From assembly GCA_049840735.1 (NCBI GenBank), contig JASGJN010000020.1, positions 1 to 64,000 on the forward strand: a stretch of DNA of 64,000 bases, written 5' to 3'. The position numbers and the translations under genes are program-made. The notes under the pieces were generated by a model. It was not told the DNA's origin, ran no database searches, and saw only the letters and a program-made list of their open reading frames with translations. Source of the stretch: Anaeromyxobacter sp. Its GTDB lineage: Bacteria; Myxococcota; Myxococcia; Myxococcales; Anaeromyxobacteraceae. How positions within the stretch are numbered: position 1 is the first letter of the stretch; every line of letters starts with the position of its first letter. Positions 54,040 through 64,000 of this stretch are shown here, piece after piece.

Positions 54040-57000
54040 GTGGTTCCTCCCCGCTCCAGCTCCGCCAGCAGCGCCGCCTCGGCCTGGGCCTCGGTGAGCC
54101 CGGCCACCTCGTCGCGGGCCCGGTCCGGCCCGGCCGCCGGGGCCTCCGCCGCCGCAGGCTCGGGCGCCAGCAGCCGCAGCAGGTGATCCGCCAGCCCCTC
54201 GACGGTGGGGTGGTCGAAGACCAGCGTGGCCGGGAGCGCCTGGCCCGCCGCGCGGGCCAGGACGTTGCGCAGCTCCACCGACATGAGCGAGTCGAGCCCG
54301 AGCTCCCGCAGCGGCCGGCGCGGGTCGAGCTGCGCTCCGGCCTCGAGCCCCATCACCTGGACCGCCCGCTTCAGCACCTCGGCCACCAGCGCCGCGCGGC
54401 GCTGGGCGGGCGCCAGCGCGCGGAGCCCGGCCGCCAGCCCCGCCGCGGCCGGTCCAGCCGGGGCCGCACGCGCGCTGGCCGCCCGCGGCGCCACCGGCTC
54501 GAAGAAGGCCGGGTCCAGCCCGGGCGGGAGCTGCGCCAGGAAGGCCGGCCAGCGGATGGGCAGCACCAGCGCGTGCGCCGTCCCCTCTCGCAGCAGCCGC
54601 TCCAGGCAGGCGAAGCCCGCCTCCGGGGCGATGGGCAGGAGCCCCCGGCCGGCCCACGCATCGCGCCCCTGGGCCGCCAGCCGGGCCGCCATCCCCACGC
54701 CGGCCCAGGTCCCCCACCCCACGCTCAGGGCCGGCCACCCGGCCCTGCGCCGCGCCAGCGCCAGCGCGTCCAGCTCGGCGTTGGCGGCCGGGTAGGCGCC
54801 CTGCCCAGCCGCGCCCAGGTGGAGCCCGGCCGCGGAGTAGAGGACGAACAGCTCCAGCGGGAGGTCGCGGGTGAGCGCGTCCAGCACGAAGGCGCCGCGC
54901 GCCTTCCCGTGCAGCACCTCGCGGCAGCCCGCCCAGCGCTGCCGGACCAGCGGGGCGTCGTAGAGCGCGCCCGCGGCGTGGAAGACGCCGCGCAGCGGTG
55001 GGAACCCCTGCCGCGGCAGGGCCGCGAGCACCTCGGCCATGGCGCGCGCGTCCCCCGCGTCGGCGGTGAAGACGCCCACCCGCGCACCCGCCTGCTCCAG
55101 CTCCGCCAGCGCCGCCGCGGCGGCCTGGTCCGGCGCCCGGCGGGCGGTCAGGGCCAGCGCCCGCGCGCCGGAGCGGACCAGCCAGCGCGCCGTCTCGAGC
55201 CCCAGGCCACCCAGCCCGCCGGTCACCAGGTAGGTGGCGTCGCCCGAGATGCGGGGGGCCGAGGGCGGAGGGCGGAGCACGATCTTCCCGACGTGGCGCG
55301 CCTGGGCCATGTAGCGGAAGGCCTCGCCGGCCGCCTCCAGCGGGAAGACGGTGACCGGGAGGGGCCCGAGCTGGCCCGCGCCCAGGGCCGCCACCAGCTC
55401 GTCCATCATGGGCCCGAGCAGCCCCCGATCGGCCAGCGCCTCCGACCCCAGGTCGTAGGCGTGGTAGCGGACGTCCGGCCGGAGCCGGGCCGCCTCCGCC
55501 GGCGAGAGGATCCCGCGCTTCCCCAGCTCCAGGAACCGGCCGCCGGTCCGCAGCACCCCCAGGCTGGCGGCGATGAAGTCCCCCGCCAGCGAGTTGAGCA
55601 CCACGTCCACGCCCTCGCCCCCGGTGGCCAGCCGCACGCCCTCGGCGAAGGAGAGCGAGCGCGAGTCGAGCACGCAGCGGACGCCCATGGACGCGAGCAG
55701 CGCCCGCTTCTCCGGAGCGCCCGCGGTCGCGATCACCTCCGCGCCGCAGCGCTGGGCCAGCTGGACCGCCGCCAGCCCCACGCCGCCCGCCGCGGCGTGG
55801 ATCAGCACCCGCTCCCCGGCGCGCAGCCCGGCCAGCCGGTGCAGCCCGTACCAGGCGGTGAGGAAGGCCACCGGCAGCGCGGCGGCGTCCTCGTCCCGCA
55901 GCCCGGGAGGCACCTGGGCCAGGAAGGCCGCCGGCACGACCACCTCGGTGGCGAGCGCGGCCGGGGCGAAGCCGAAGACGCGCGCGCCCGGCGCCAGGCC
56001 GGTCACGGCCGCGCCGCACGCCTCCACCACGCCGGCGCACTCGGCGCCGAGCGGGACCCCCTCCCCCGGGTACATGCCCAGGGCCAGGAGCACGTCCCGG
56101 AAGTTGAGCCCCGCCGCCGAGACCCGCACCCGCACCTCGTCGGCGCGGAGCGCCTGGCGCGGGCGCGCCCGCAGCGCCAGCCCCTCCAGCGTCCCGGAGC
56201 GCTCCAGCTCCAGGTGCAGCGGACGGTCCAGCTCGGCCAGCGCCCGCGCCGGGCGCCGCTCCAGGCGCGGGGCCCAGCGGGCGCCGCCGCGGAGCGCCTG
56301 GGCCGGCGCGCCGCCGCCCGCCTCCAGCAGGACCTCGAGCAGGCCGGCGCACCCTCCGGCCGGCTCGGCGGGATCGAGCTCCACGCGCCTCACCCGCAGG
56401 CCCGGCTCCTCCACCGCCACCACGCTGGCCAGGCCCCACGCTCCGGCCGCGCGGGGCCGGAGCGCCGCCGCCGGCTCCTCGCCGGTGACCACCTGCGCGC
56501 CACGCGTCACCACCCAGAGCGGACCCGCGCCGGCCGGCGGCAGCCCCTGCGCCAGGTGGAGCAGCGCGCCCACGGCCAGCGCCTGCTGGCGCTCCTCGTC
56601 CTCCGGAGTGGCCAGCGGACCGGCCGGCGCGACGTCGAGCGGGAGCAGGTCCACCACCGGCCCGACCGGCCCCACCTCGCCCAGGAGCCAGCCCAGGTCG
56701 CCCGGCGAGGCAGGGTCGAAGGTCCAGCGGTCCTCCGCCGGGTGGCCTCGGCCGGCGCCGGCGAACGCCAGCGCGAGAGGGAGCCCGGCCGCGCGCAGGG
56801 CCTGCCCCAGCGCCTCGCCGGCGCCGCCCCGATCGCACAGCAGGAGCCAGCGACCCGGCGGCGGCGCCGCCGCGCCGGCGGGCGGCAGCTTCCGCCAGGA
56901 CACGACGTGGACGGCCTCGTCCTCCGCCACCGCCCCGGCCTCCGCAGGCGCGAGGCGGACGCCCGCCAGCGCGGCCACCGGCAGGCCCGCCTCGGACTCC

Positions 57001-60000
57001 AGCCACACGTCCGCCGTGACCGACCCCGACGCGCCCACCGCGCGGAGCTGGGCGCGGGCGCGGGTGCGCGCGCCGGCCGGGCGGACCAGCTCCACCCGAT
57101 CCACGCCCACCGGCAGCAGCAGCCGGGACGGGAGCTCGCCGCCCGGCCCCCGCGCCGCCGCGAGCGCGCAGAGCTGCAGCGCGCCGTCGAGGATCACCGG
57201 GTGGAGCGCGTGGGTCCCGGCGTCGAGCCCCGCGCCATCGATCCACGCCTCGGCCACGCCCTCGCCGCGGCGCACGCCGGACAGGCTGCGGAAGGCCGGC
57301 CCGAAGGGCACGCCCAGCGCCTCCAGCCGCCGGTAGACGTCGGCGGCCTCCACCGGCTCCTCCGCCGCCGGCCCGGCCGCGCCGGGCTCCGCAGCGGCGC
57401 CGGCCAGCGCCTCGGAGGCCGCGATGCGCCGCCACCCGCCGGCCTCGAGCGCCTCGTGCAGCTCGAGGTGGGCGCGGCCTGGCCCGGCCTCCGAGGCCAC
57501 CACCTGCCAGCGCGCGGCGCCCTCCCCGGGCTCGGGCAGGAGCAGCGGCCGCTCCACCGCCAGCCCCTCCAGCCCGGCGGGCCCGCCCAGCGCGGCGGCG
57601 GCCGCGGCGTGGAAGAGCTCGATCATGGCCGCCGCCGGCAGCACGATCCGCCCGCCGATGCGGTGGTCCGCCACCCAGGCCGGCGCCCCGTCCCAGCCCC
57701 CCTCGAAGACGCGCGCCGCCAGGCCGGCCACCGGCACCGGCCGCCCCAGCAGCGGGTGGGCGCCCGCGACCGGGGGCGCGGCCGCGCGGGCCGGGAGCGG
57801 CCGGATCCAGTGGCGCCGGCGCTGCCAGGGATAGGCGGGCAGCCCCACCACCTCGGCCGGCGCGCGCTGCAGCTCTCCCCAGGCCGGCGAGAGGCCTGCC
57901 TCGTAGAGCCCCGCCGCGGCCTGCAGCATGGTCTCGCGCTCCGGGCGACCGCGGCGCAGGGACGCGAGCACGCGGGCGCGGCGGCCGGCCGCCTCCAGGC
58001 ACTCGCCGATGGACGCGGCCAGCACCGGATGCGGCCCCAGCTCCAGGAAGGTCTCGTGCCCCCCCGCCGCCAGCGTCCCGATGGCTCGCGCGAAGCGGAC
58101 CTGCTCGCGCACGTTGCGCCCCAGGTACGCCGGCGTCACCGGCTCGGCGAGCAGCCCGCCGGTCACGGTGGAGCAGAACGGGAGGCGCGGCGGCGCGGAG
58201 ACCAGCTGCGCCAGGGCCTCCTCCAGGCGGCGCTGGAAGGGGGCCATCTGGGCGGAGTGGAAGGCGTAGCGGACCGGGAGGCGCCGCTGCTCGACCCCCT
58301 GGGCGGAGAGGCGCGCCAGGAGCTCGTCCAGCGCCTGCTCCTCGCCCGAGAGCACCGCCGTGCGCGGGCCGTTCACCGCCGCCACCGAGAGCCGCTCGCC
58401 GTACGGGCGCACCGCCTCGGCCGCCGCGTCCTCGTCCAGCGCCACCTGCGCCATGCGACCGGTGCCGGTCGCCTCCTGCATGAGCCGCGCGCGGTGGAAG
58501 ACCACCCTCACCGCCTCGGGCAGCTCCAGCGCGCCCGCCACGTGGAGCGCGGCGATCTCGCCGACGCTGTGCCCGGCCACCGCCGACGGCTCGATCCCCC
58601 ACGCCCGCCACAGCGCCGCCAGCGCCACCTGCAGCGCGAAGAGGGCCGGCTGGGCCACCGCCGTCTGGTCGAGCCGCGAGCGCCCCTCGTCGGCGCGCAG
58701 CTCGTCCATCAGCGACCAGCCGGCCAGCGGCGCCAGCACCGCGTCGCACCGCTCCAGCGCCTCGCGGAAGACCGGCTCCGTCCCCGAGAGCTCGCGCCCC
58801 ATGGCGTGCCACTGCGGCCCCTGGCCGCCGAACACGAAGGCGACCCGGGCCGCCTCGCCCCGCGGGGCGGGCCCATCCGCGGCCGGGTCCCAGGCCTCCA
58901 GCCGCTGGCGGAGCGCCGCGCGCAGGTCCTCCCGCGTGCGCCCCACGACCGCCAGCCGGGCCTCGTGGTGCGTGCGCCGCTCGGCGGCCGTGTGGCAGAG
59001 CTGGGCGGGGCTCGCCTCCGTCCCGCCCAGGAAGGCGTCCCACCGCTCCGCCAGCGCGCGCAGCGCCTCCGGGCGCTGGGCCGAGAGCGGCAGGAGGCGG
59101 GCCACGTCCTCGGCCGGCTCGCCCGGCGGCAGCCGCGGCGCCTCCTCCAGCACCACGTGGGCGTTGGTGCCGCCCACCCCGAAGGAGCTCACGCCGGCGC
59201 AGCGTGGCTGCGCCCCGTCCGGCCAGGGCGTGAGCGCGGTGGGGATGGCGAGGCGCGTGCCGTCCAGGTGGATGTGCGGGTTGAGCCGGCTGAAGTGCAC
59301 CTGCCCCGGCACCGCGCGGTGGCGCAGCACCTGCACCGCCTTGATGAGGCCGACCACGCCGGCCGCCGCCTCGAGGTGGCCGATGCTGGACTTGGCCGCG
59401 CCCAGCCAGCACGGGCCGGCGGCCGGCGCGCGCCCCACCACCTCCGCGATGGCCTCCACCTCGATGGGATCGCCCAGCGCCGTCCCGGTGCCGTGGGTCT
59501 CGACGAAGCCGACGCGGTCCGGCGCGAGCTGGGCCGAGGCCAGCGCCTCGGCCAGCATGGCCCGCTGGGCCAGGCCGTTGGGGGCGGCGAGCAGCGTGGA
59601 GTGGCCGTCCTGGTTCACGGCCGAGCCGCGCACCACCGCCAGGATCCGATCGCCGTCGGCCACCGCGTCGGCCAGGCGCTTCAGGACCACCACCCCGCAC
59701 CCCTCGCCGCGGCCGAAGCCGTCGGCGCGGGCGTCGAAGGTCTTGGAGCGCCCGTCGGGCGCCATGAAGCCGACCTTGGACATCGAGACCATCAGCTCGG
59801 GGCCGACGATGACCGAGACCCCGCCCGCCACCGCCAGGTCGGTCTCGCCGTCGCGCAGCCCCTGGCAGGCGAGGTGGACCGCCACCAGCGAGGAGGAGCA
59901 GGCGGTGTCGAGCGACAGGCTCGGCCCCTTGAGGTCGAGCAGGAACGAGAGCCGGTTGGCCAGGACGCTGTGCAGCGTGCCGGTCAGCGTCCGCAGGTCG

Positions 60001-60509
60001 ATGGCCTCGACGTCCTGGTACTGCTGGTGCTCGTAGTCGTTGTGGTAGCTCGCCACGTAGACGCCGGCGCGCGCGCCGCGCAGCCGGTCGCGCGGCAGCC
60101 CCGCGTCCTCCAGCGCCTCGACCGCCACCTCGAGGAAGAGCCGCTGCTGCGGGTCCATCCGCTCGGCCTCGCGGGGGAGGACGCCGAAGTAGTCGGCGTC
60201 GAACCCGTCCACCTGGTCGAGGAACCCCGCCCAGCGGGTGATGGCCTTCCCGGGCGCCGCCGGGTCGGGGTCGTGCCAGGCGGCAGCGTCCCAGCGATCC
60301 GGGGGGACCTCGCGCACCGCGTCGGTGCCCCGGCACAGGAGATCCCAGAAGGCGTCCGGTCCGTCGGCGCCCGGCACCCGGCAGCCCATGCCGACGACGG
60401 CGATGGGGTCGGCGCGCAGCACCGGCGCCGCCTCGGCGCGCACCTGCCGCGCCATCAGCGCCAGCTTGATGGCAGAGAGGTCACCGAGCCGCGGCCGGGA
60501 TGCGCTCAT
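54036..60509 (-). CDS. PKS module B: KS-AT(YAFH)-DH-ER-KR-ACP
   Basis: Intact 2157-aa ORF. DTACSSS, HGTGT, GHLEAAAG; GHSVG and YAFH; DH HRIGGRIVLP; ER LIHAAAGGVG; KR GGLGGLG, LYD, AYPAAN; ACP LGLDSL. Confidence 0.95.
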
Positions 60510-63500
60510 CGGGTTCCCCGCTTCCGCCCCGCCCGCAGCGCGAGCGCGGCCTCCTCGTCGGACAGCCCGGCGATGCCCTCCACCGCCGGCGCAGCCGGGG
60601 CCGGGGCCGCCGCCGGCGCGGCCGCGGGCGCCTCGCCGTCGCCGGCCAGGTGCTCCACCAGCGCCGCGATGGTCGGGTAGTTGAACGCCAGCGAGGCCGG
60701 CAGCGATCGGCCCAGCGCGGACTCGAGCCGGTTGCGCAGCTCCATGGCCAAGAGCGAGCCCAGGCCCATCGAGCCCAGGGTGCGCGTCCGGTCAATCCGG
60801 TCCGGGGCGAGCTTCAGCGCCTGCCCGACCGCGTGGCGGACGATCCGCTCCAGCGCGGCCCGCCGCTCGGCCGGGCCGGAGGGGATGGCCTCGCCGCTCG
60901 TCGCCTCGGGGACCGCCGCCAGCAGCCGGCGGTGGAGCGCGCCCGGGCGGCCGACCCGGGCGCGGGCGAAGGCGGCCCAGTCGGCGGGCAGCACGGCCGC
61001 GTGCGGCGCCGAGGTCCCCCACAGCCAGCCCAGCACCTTCACGGCCGCGTCGGGCGGGAACGGGCGCAGCCCGCGCCGCGTCATCTCCCGGACCCGGCCC
61101 TCGCCCGCCTCGCCGCGCACCAGCCCCGTCCCCGCCCACACGCCGAAGCCCACGCTGAGCGCCGGGAGCCCCCGTGCCCGCCGGTCCAGCGCCAGCGCGT
61201 CGAGGCCGGCGTTGGCGGCCGCGTAGGCTGCCTGGCCGGGCTGCGGCTGGAAGGCGCTGATGGACGAGAAGAGGACGAAGGCGTCCAGGTCCGGCAGCAG
61301 GCGATCCAGCAGCAAGGCGCCGCCCAGCTTGGGCCGGACCACCGCCTCGAAGGCCTCCTGCCCGAGGTCGCCGGTGAGCCGGTCGGCCAGGACGCCGGCG
61401 GCGTGCAGCACGCCGCGGATGGGAGGCCGGCCCTCGGCGGACCAGCGGGACAGGAAGGCCCGGAGCTGCGGCTCGTCCCCCACGTCCACCGCGGCGTGGT
61501 GGACGGCCGCGCCGGCCGCCTCCAGGGCGCGGACGGCGGCGATGCGCTGCCCCGCGACGCTGGCGGGATCGACCTCCGCCCAGGCCTCGCGGGCCGGCAG
61601 CGCGGTGCGCCCCAGGAGCAGCAGCCGCCGCACCCCGCGCTCGACCAGGTAGCGGGCGGCGTGGAGCGCGGCCTCGCCCAGGCCGCCGGTGATGAGGTAG
61701 GTGGCGTCCTTCCGCCAGGCCACCGCCCGCGACGTCACCTCGGCGGGCAGCGGCGCCAGCCGCTGCACCAGGCGGCGCCCCCCCCGCAGCGCGGCGGCGT
61801 CCTCCCCGTCTCCGGCCAGCAGGTGGCGCGCCAGGAGCGCCGCGTCGGCCCCGGGCGGCGCGGCCGGATCCAGATCCACCAGCCCGCCCCAGGCCTGCGG
61901 GAGCTCCTCGGCCAGGGCGCGCGCCGCGCCCCACAGGGCGGCCTGGGCCACCGCCACCCGCGCGCCCGCGTCGCCCACCTGCTGGCCGCCGCGGGTCGCG
62001 AACCAGACCCGGGCGCGGCCGCCGGCGGGCAGGGCGCGCGCCACCCGCACCGGCAGGTCCGGCGCGGCGCCCTCTCCCACCAGCACCACCACGCCCTCGG
62101 GGCCGCTCCCGGCCGTGCCCGCCAGCGCCTGCTCGAGCGGGACCGGCGGCGCCACCTCGGCGTGGCTCCCTGCGGCGCGCAGCGCCTCGGCCAGCGCGGA
62201 GCCGGCGTCCGCCTCCTGCGCCAGCACCAGCCAGGTCCCGCCCGGCCGGCGCTGCGGCGGCTCCGAGCGCTCCCACTCCAGCCGGTGCAGCCAGCCGCGC
62301 GTCTCGGCCTCCAGCCGCTCCGGTCCGGCGGGCTCGGCGCCCGGGCCGTCCTGGCGGTCGGCCCCCTCCACCCAGTGGCGCTCGCGCTGCCACGGGTAGC
62401 GTGGCAGCGCCACCTCGCGCCCGCGGGGAGAGACGCGGCTCCAGTCGAGCGGCTCGCCCGCCACCCAGAGCCGGCCCAGCCCGCCCAGCAGCGCGGCCAG
62501 CTCGGGCTCGTCCCGGCGGCCAGAGGCCACCGTGGTCACGCTCCGCCCCGCCTCGCGGGCTCCCTGCTCGACGGCGTGGAGCAGCACCGGGTGCGGCCCC
62601 AGCTCCACGAAGGCGGTGACGCCGTCCTCGAGCAGGGCCGACACCGCCCGCCAGAACTGGACCGGCTGCCGGAGGTTCCGGGCCCAGTGCTGCGCGCCCA
62701 GCTCGGCGCCCTCGGCCTTGCGGCCGAGCGTGGTCGAGTGGAGCGGGAGGCGCGCCGGCGCGGGCGTGAGCCCGGCCAGCTCCCTGGCCAGCTCGGCCGC
62801 CAGCGGCTCCATCTGCGGGCTGTGGGAGGCGACGTCCACCTGGACCCGCCGGCAGAAGACGCCGTCGCGCTCCAGCTCGCGCAGGACCTCCTCCACGGCC
62901 GCCGGCTCCCCGGAGATCACTGAGGAGCGCGGGCCGTTGCTCACGGCCACCGCCAGCTGGTGCTCCCGCCCGCGCACCCGCTCCGCCGCGGCCTCCGCCG
63001 AGAGGTCCACCAGCGCCATGGCGCCGCGCCCAGCCACGCGGCGCATGAGCGCGCTGCGGCGGCAGACGACGCGCATGGCCTGCTCGAGGTCGAGCGCGCC
63101 GGCCAGGTGCGCCGCGCCCACCTCGCCCATGCTGTGGCCCACCACCGCCACCGGCTCGACGCCGGCCGCGCGCCACCAGGCCGCGTAGGCCAGCGACACC
63201 GCCAGCAGGACCGGCTGCACCACGTCGATGTCGCCCAGGCGGTGGCCCGGGGCGCCGGGCGGCGCGCGCAGCTGCTCCACGATTGACCAGCCGGCCAGCT
63301 CCCGCACGATCCGGTCGCAGGCCTCCAGGGTCCCGGCGAAGGCCGGCTCGCCGTCGAGCAGCTCCCGGGCCATGCCCGCCCACTGCCCGCCCTGGCCGGG
63401 GAAGACGAAGGCGATCCTGGGGCGCCCGCCCTGCGCCACGCCCTCCGCCGCGGCGGGGCTCCCGGCGGCGTAGCCGCGCAGCGCCCCCGCCATGCCGGCC

Positions 63501-64000
63501 GCGTCCGCGGCCACCAGCACGGCGCGGTGCTCGAGCGGCGTGCGCCGGTGGGCGACGGCCGCGCAGAGCTCCCCGAGGGACGGCCCACCCTCGGCCTCAA
63601 GCAGCGCGGCGTGCCGCAGCGCCAGGGCCCGCAGCGCCTCGGGGCTGCGCGCGGAGAGCGGGAGCAGGCTGGCCCGGCGCGCCGGCAGGGCGGGCAGGGC
63701 CGGACCCGGGGGAGCCTCCTCCAGCACCACGTGGGCGTTGGTCCCGGCGATCCCGAACGCGCTCACGCCGGCCAGGCGCGTCCCCTCTCCCTCAGGCCAG
63801 GGCGCGAGCGCCCCGGGGATGGCGAAGGGCGCCTCGGCCCAGGCCACGGCCGGGTTGGGCTCGCGCAGGTGCAGGCTGGCGGGGATGGCCCCGTGGTGCA
63901 GCGCCAGCGCGGTCTTGATGAGCCCCGCCACCCCGGCCGCCCCCTCGGTGTGGCCGAGGTTGGTCTTCACCGAGCCGACCAGGGCGCGACGGCCAGCCGG
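60506..64000 (-). CDS. PKS module A (5'-truncated by the window edge): KS C-terminal part-AT(VASH, methylmalonyl-like)-KR-ACP
   Basis: SVKTNLGHTEGAAG and SAFGIAGTNAH; AT GQGGQW, DVVQP, GHSMG, DVASH; KR GGLGEAA, VLAD, AYAAAN; ACP MGLGSLLAMELRN. Confidence 0.92.
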   Translation of the reverse strand, partial: PAGRRALVGSVKTNLGHTEGAAGVAGLIKTALALHHGAIPASLHLREPNPAVAWAEAPFAIPGALAPWPEGEGTRLAGVSAFGIAGTNAHVVLEEAPPGPALPALPARRASLLPLSARSPEALRALALRHAALLEAEGGPSLGELCAAVAHRRTPLEHRAVLVAADAAGMAGALRGYAAGSPAAAEGVAQGGRPRIAFVFPGQGGQWAGMARELLDGEPAFAGTLEACDRIVRELAGWSIVEQLRAPPGAPGHRLGDIDVVQPVLLAVSLAYAAWWRAAGVEPVAVVGHSMGEVGAAHLAGALDLEQAMRVVCRRSALMRRVAGRGAMALVDLSAEAAAERVRGREHQLAVAVSNGPRSSVISGEPAAVEEVLRELERDGVFCRRVQVDVASHSPQMEPLAAELARELAGLTPAPARLPLHSTTLGRKAEGAELGAQHWARNLRQPVQFWRAVSALLEDGVTAFVELGPHPVLLHAVEQGAREAGRSVTTVASGRRDEPELAALLGGLGRLWVAGEPLDWSRVSPRGREVALPRYPWQRERHWVEGADRQDGPGAEPAGPERLEAETRGWLHRLEWERSEPPQRRPGGTWLVLAQEADAGSALAEALRAAGSHAEVAPPVPLEQALAGTAGSGPEGVVVLVGEGAAPDLPVRVARALPAGGRARVWFATRGGQQVGDAGARVAVAQAALWGAARALAEELPQAWGGLVDLDPAAPPGADAALLARHLLAGDGEDAAALRGGRRLVQRLAPLPAEVTSRAVAWRKDATYLITGGLGEAALHAARYLVERGVRRLLLLGRTALPAREAWAEVDPASVAGQRIAAVRALEAAGAAVHHAAVDVGDEPQLRAFLSRWSAEGRPPIRGVLHAAGVLADRLTGDLGQEAFEAVVRPKLGGALLLDRLLPDLDAFVLFSSISAFQPQPGQAAYAAANAGLDALALDRRARGLPALSVGFGVWAGTGLVRGEAGEGRVREMTRRGLRPFPPDAAVKVLGWLWGTSAPHAAVLPADWAAFARARVGRPGALHRRLLAAVPEATSGEAIPSGPAERRAALERIVRHAVGQALKLAPDRIDRTRTLGSMGLGSLLAMELRNRLESALGRSLPASLAFNYPTIAALVEHLAGDGEAPAAAPAAAPAPAAPAVEGIAGLSDEEAALALRAGRKRGTR

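Overview
Very GC-rich, myxobacterial-looking DNA (Anaeromyxobacter-like by gene content; this is an inference). Positions 1-13.3 kb are mostly housekeeping and signalling genes: an abrupt uvrA/lon junction (probably chimeric), REP-like hairpins with an ISAs1-family element inserted into one (10-bp target duplication), an atypical SDR, a Ser/Thr kinase-TPR-FHA/GAF sigma54 activator-lipoprotein operon, and mutL. Positions 13.4-18.4 kb hold a large MYXO-CTERM surface protein, a 2OG-Fe(II) oxygenase and an Sfp-type PPTase. From 18.5 kb to beyond the window end is a >45-kb minus-strand, translationally coupled cis-AT PKS/NRPS assembly line. In transcription order it reads: [KS]-AT-KR-ACP; KS-AT-DH-ER-KR-ACP; KS-AT-cMT-ACP; KS-AT-DH-cMT-ER-KR-ACP; KS-AT-DH*-cMT-KR-ACP; an EamA transporter; KS-AT-DH-ER-KR-ACP; C-(half C)-A(Gly)-PCP; KS-AT-KR-carrier-TE(Cys). 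I do not recognise this architecture as a characterised pathway; it predicts a polyketide with probably two gem-dimethyl groups and a glycine-derived 4-amino-3-hydroxybutyryl end. Many genes carry single-base frameshifts, and roughly half fall on GATC sites read as GAATC/GATTC. This points to methylation-linked long-read errors rather than pseudogenes.
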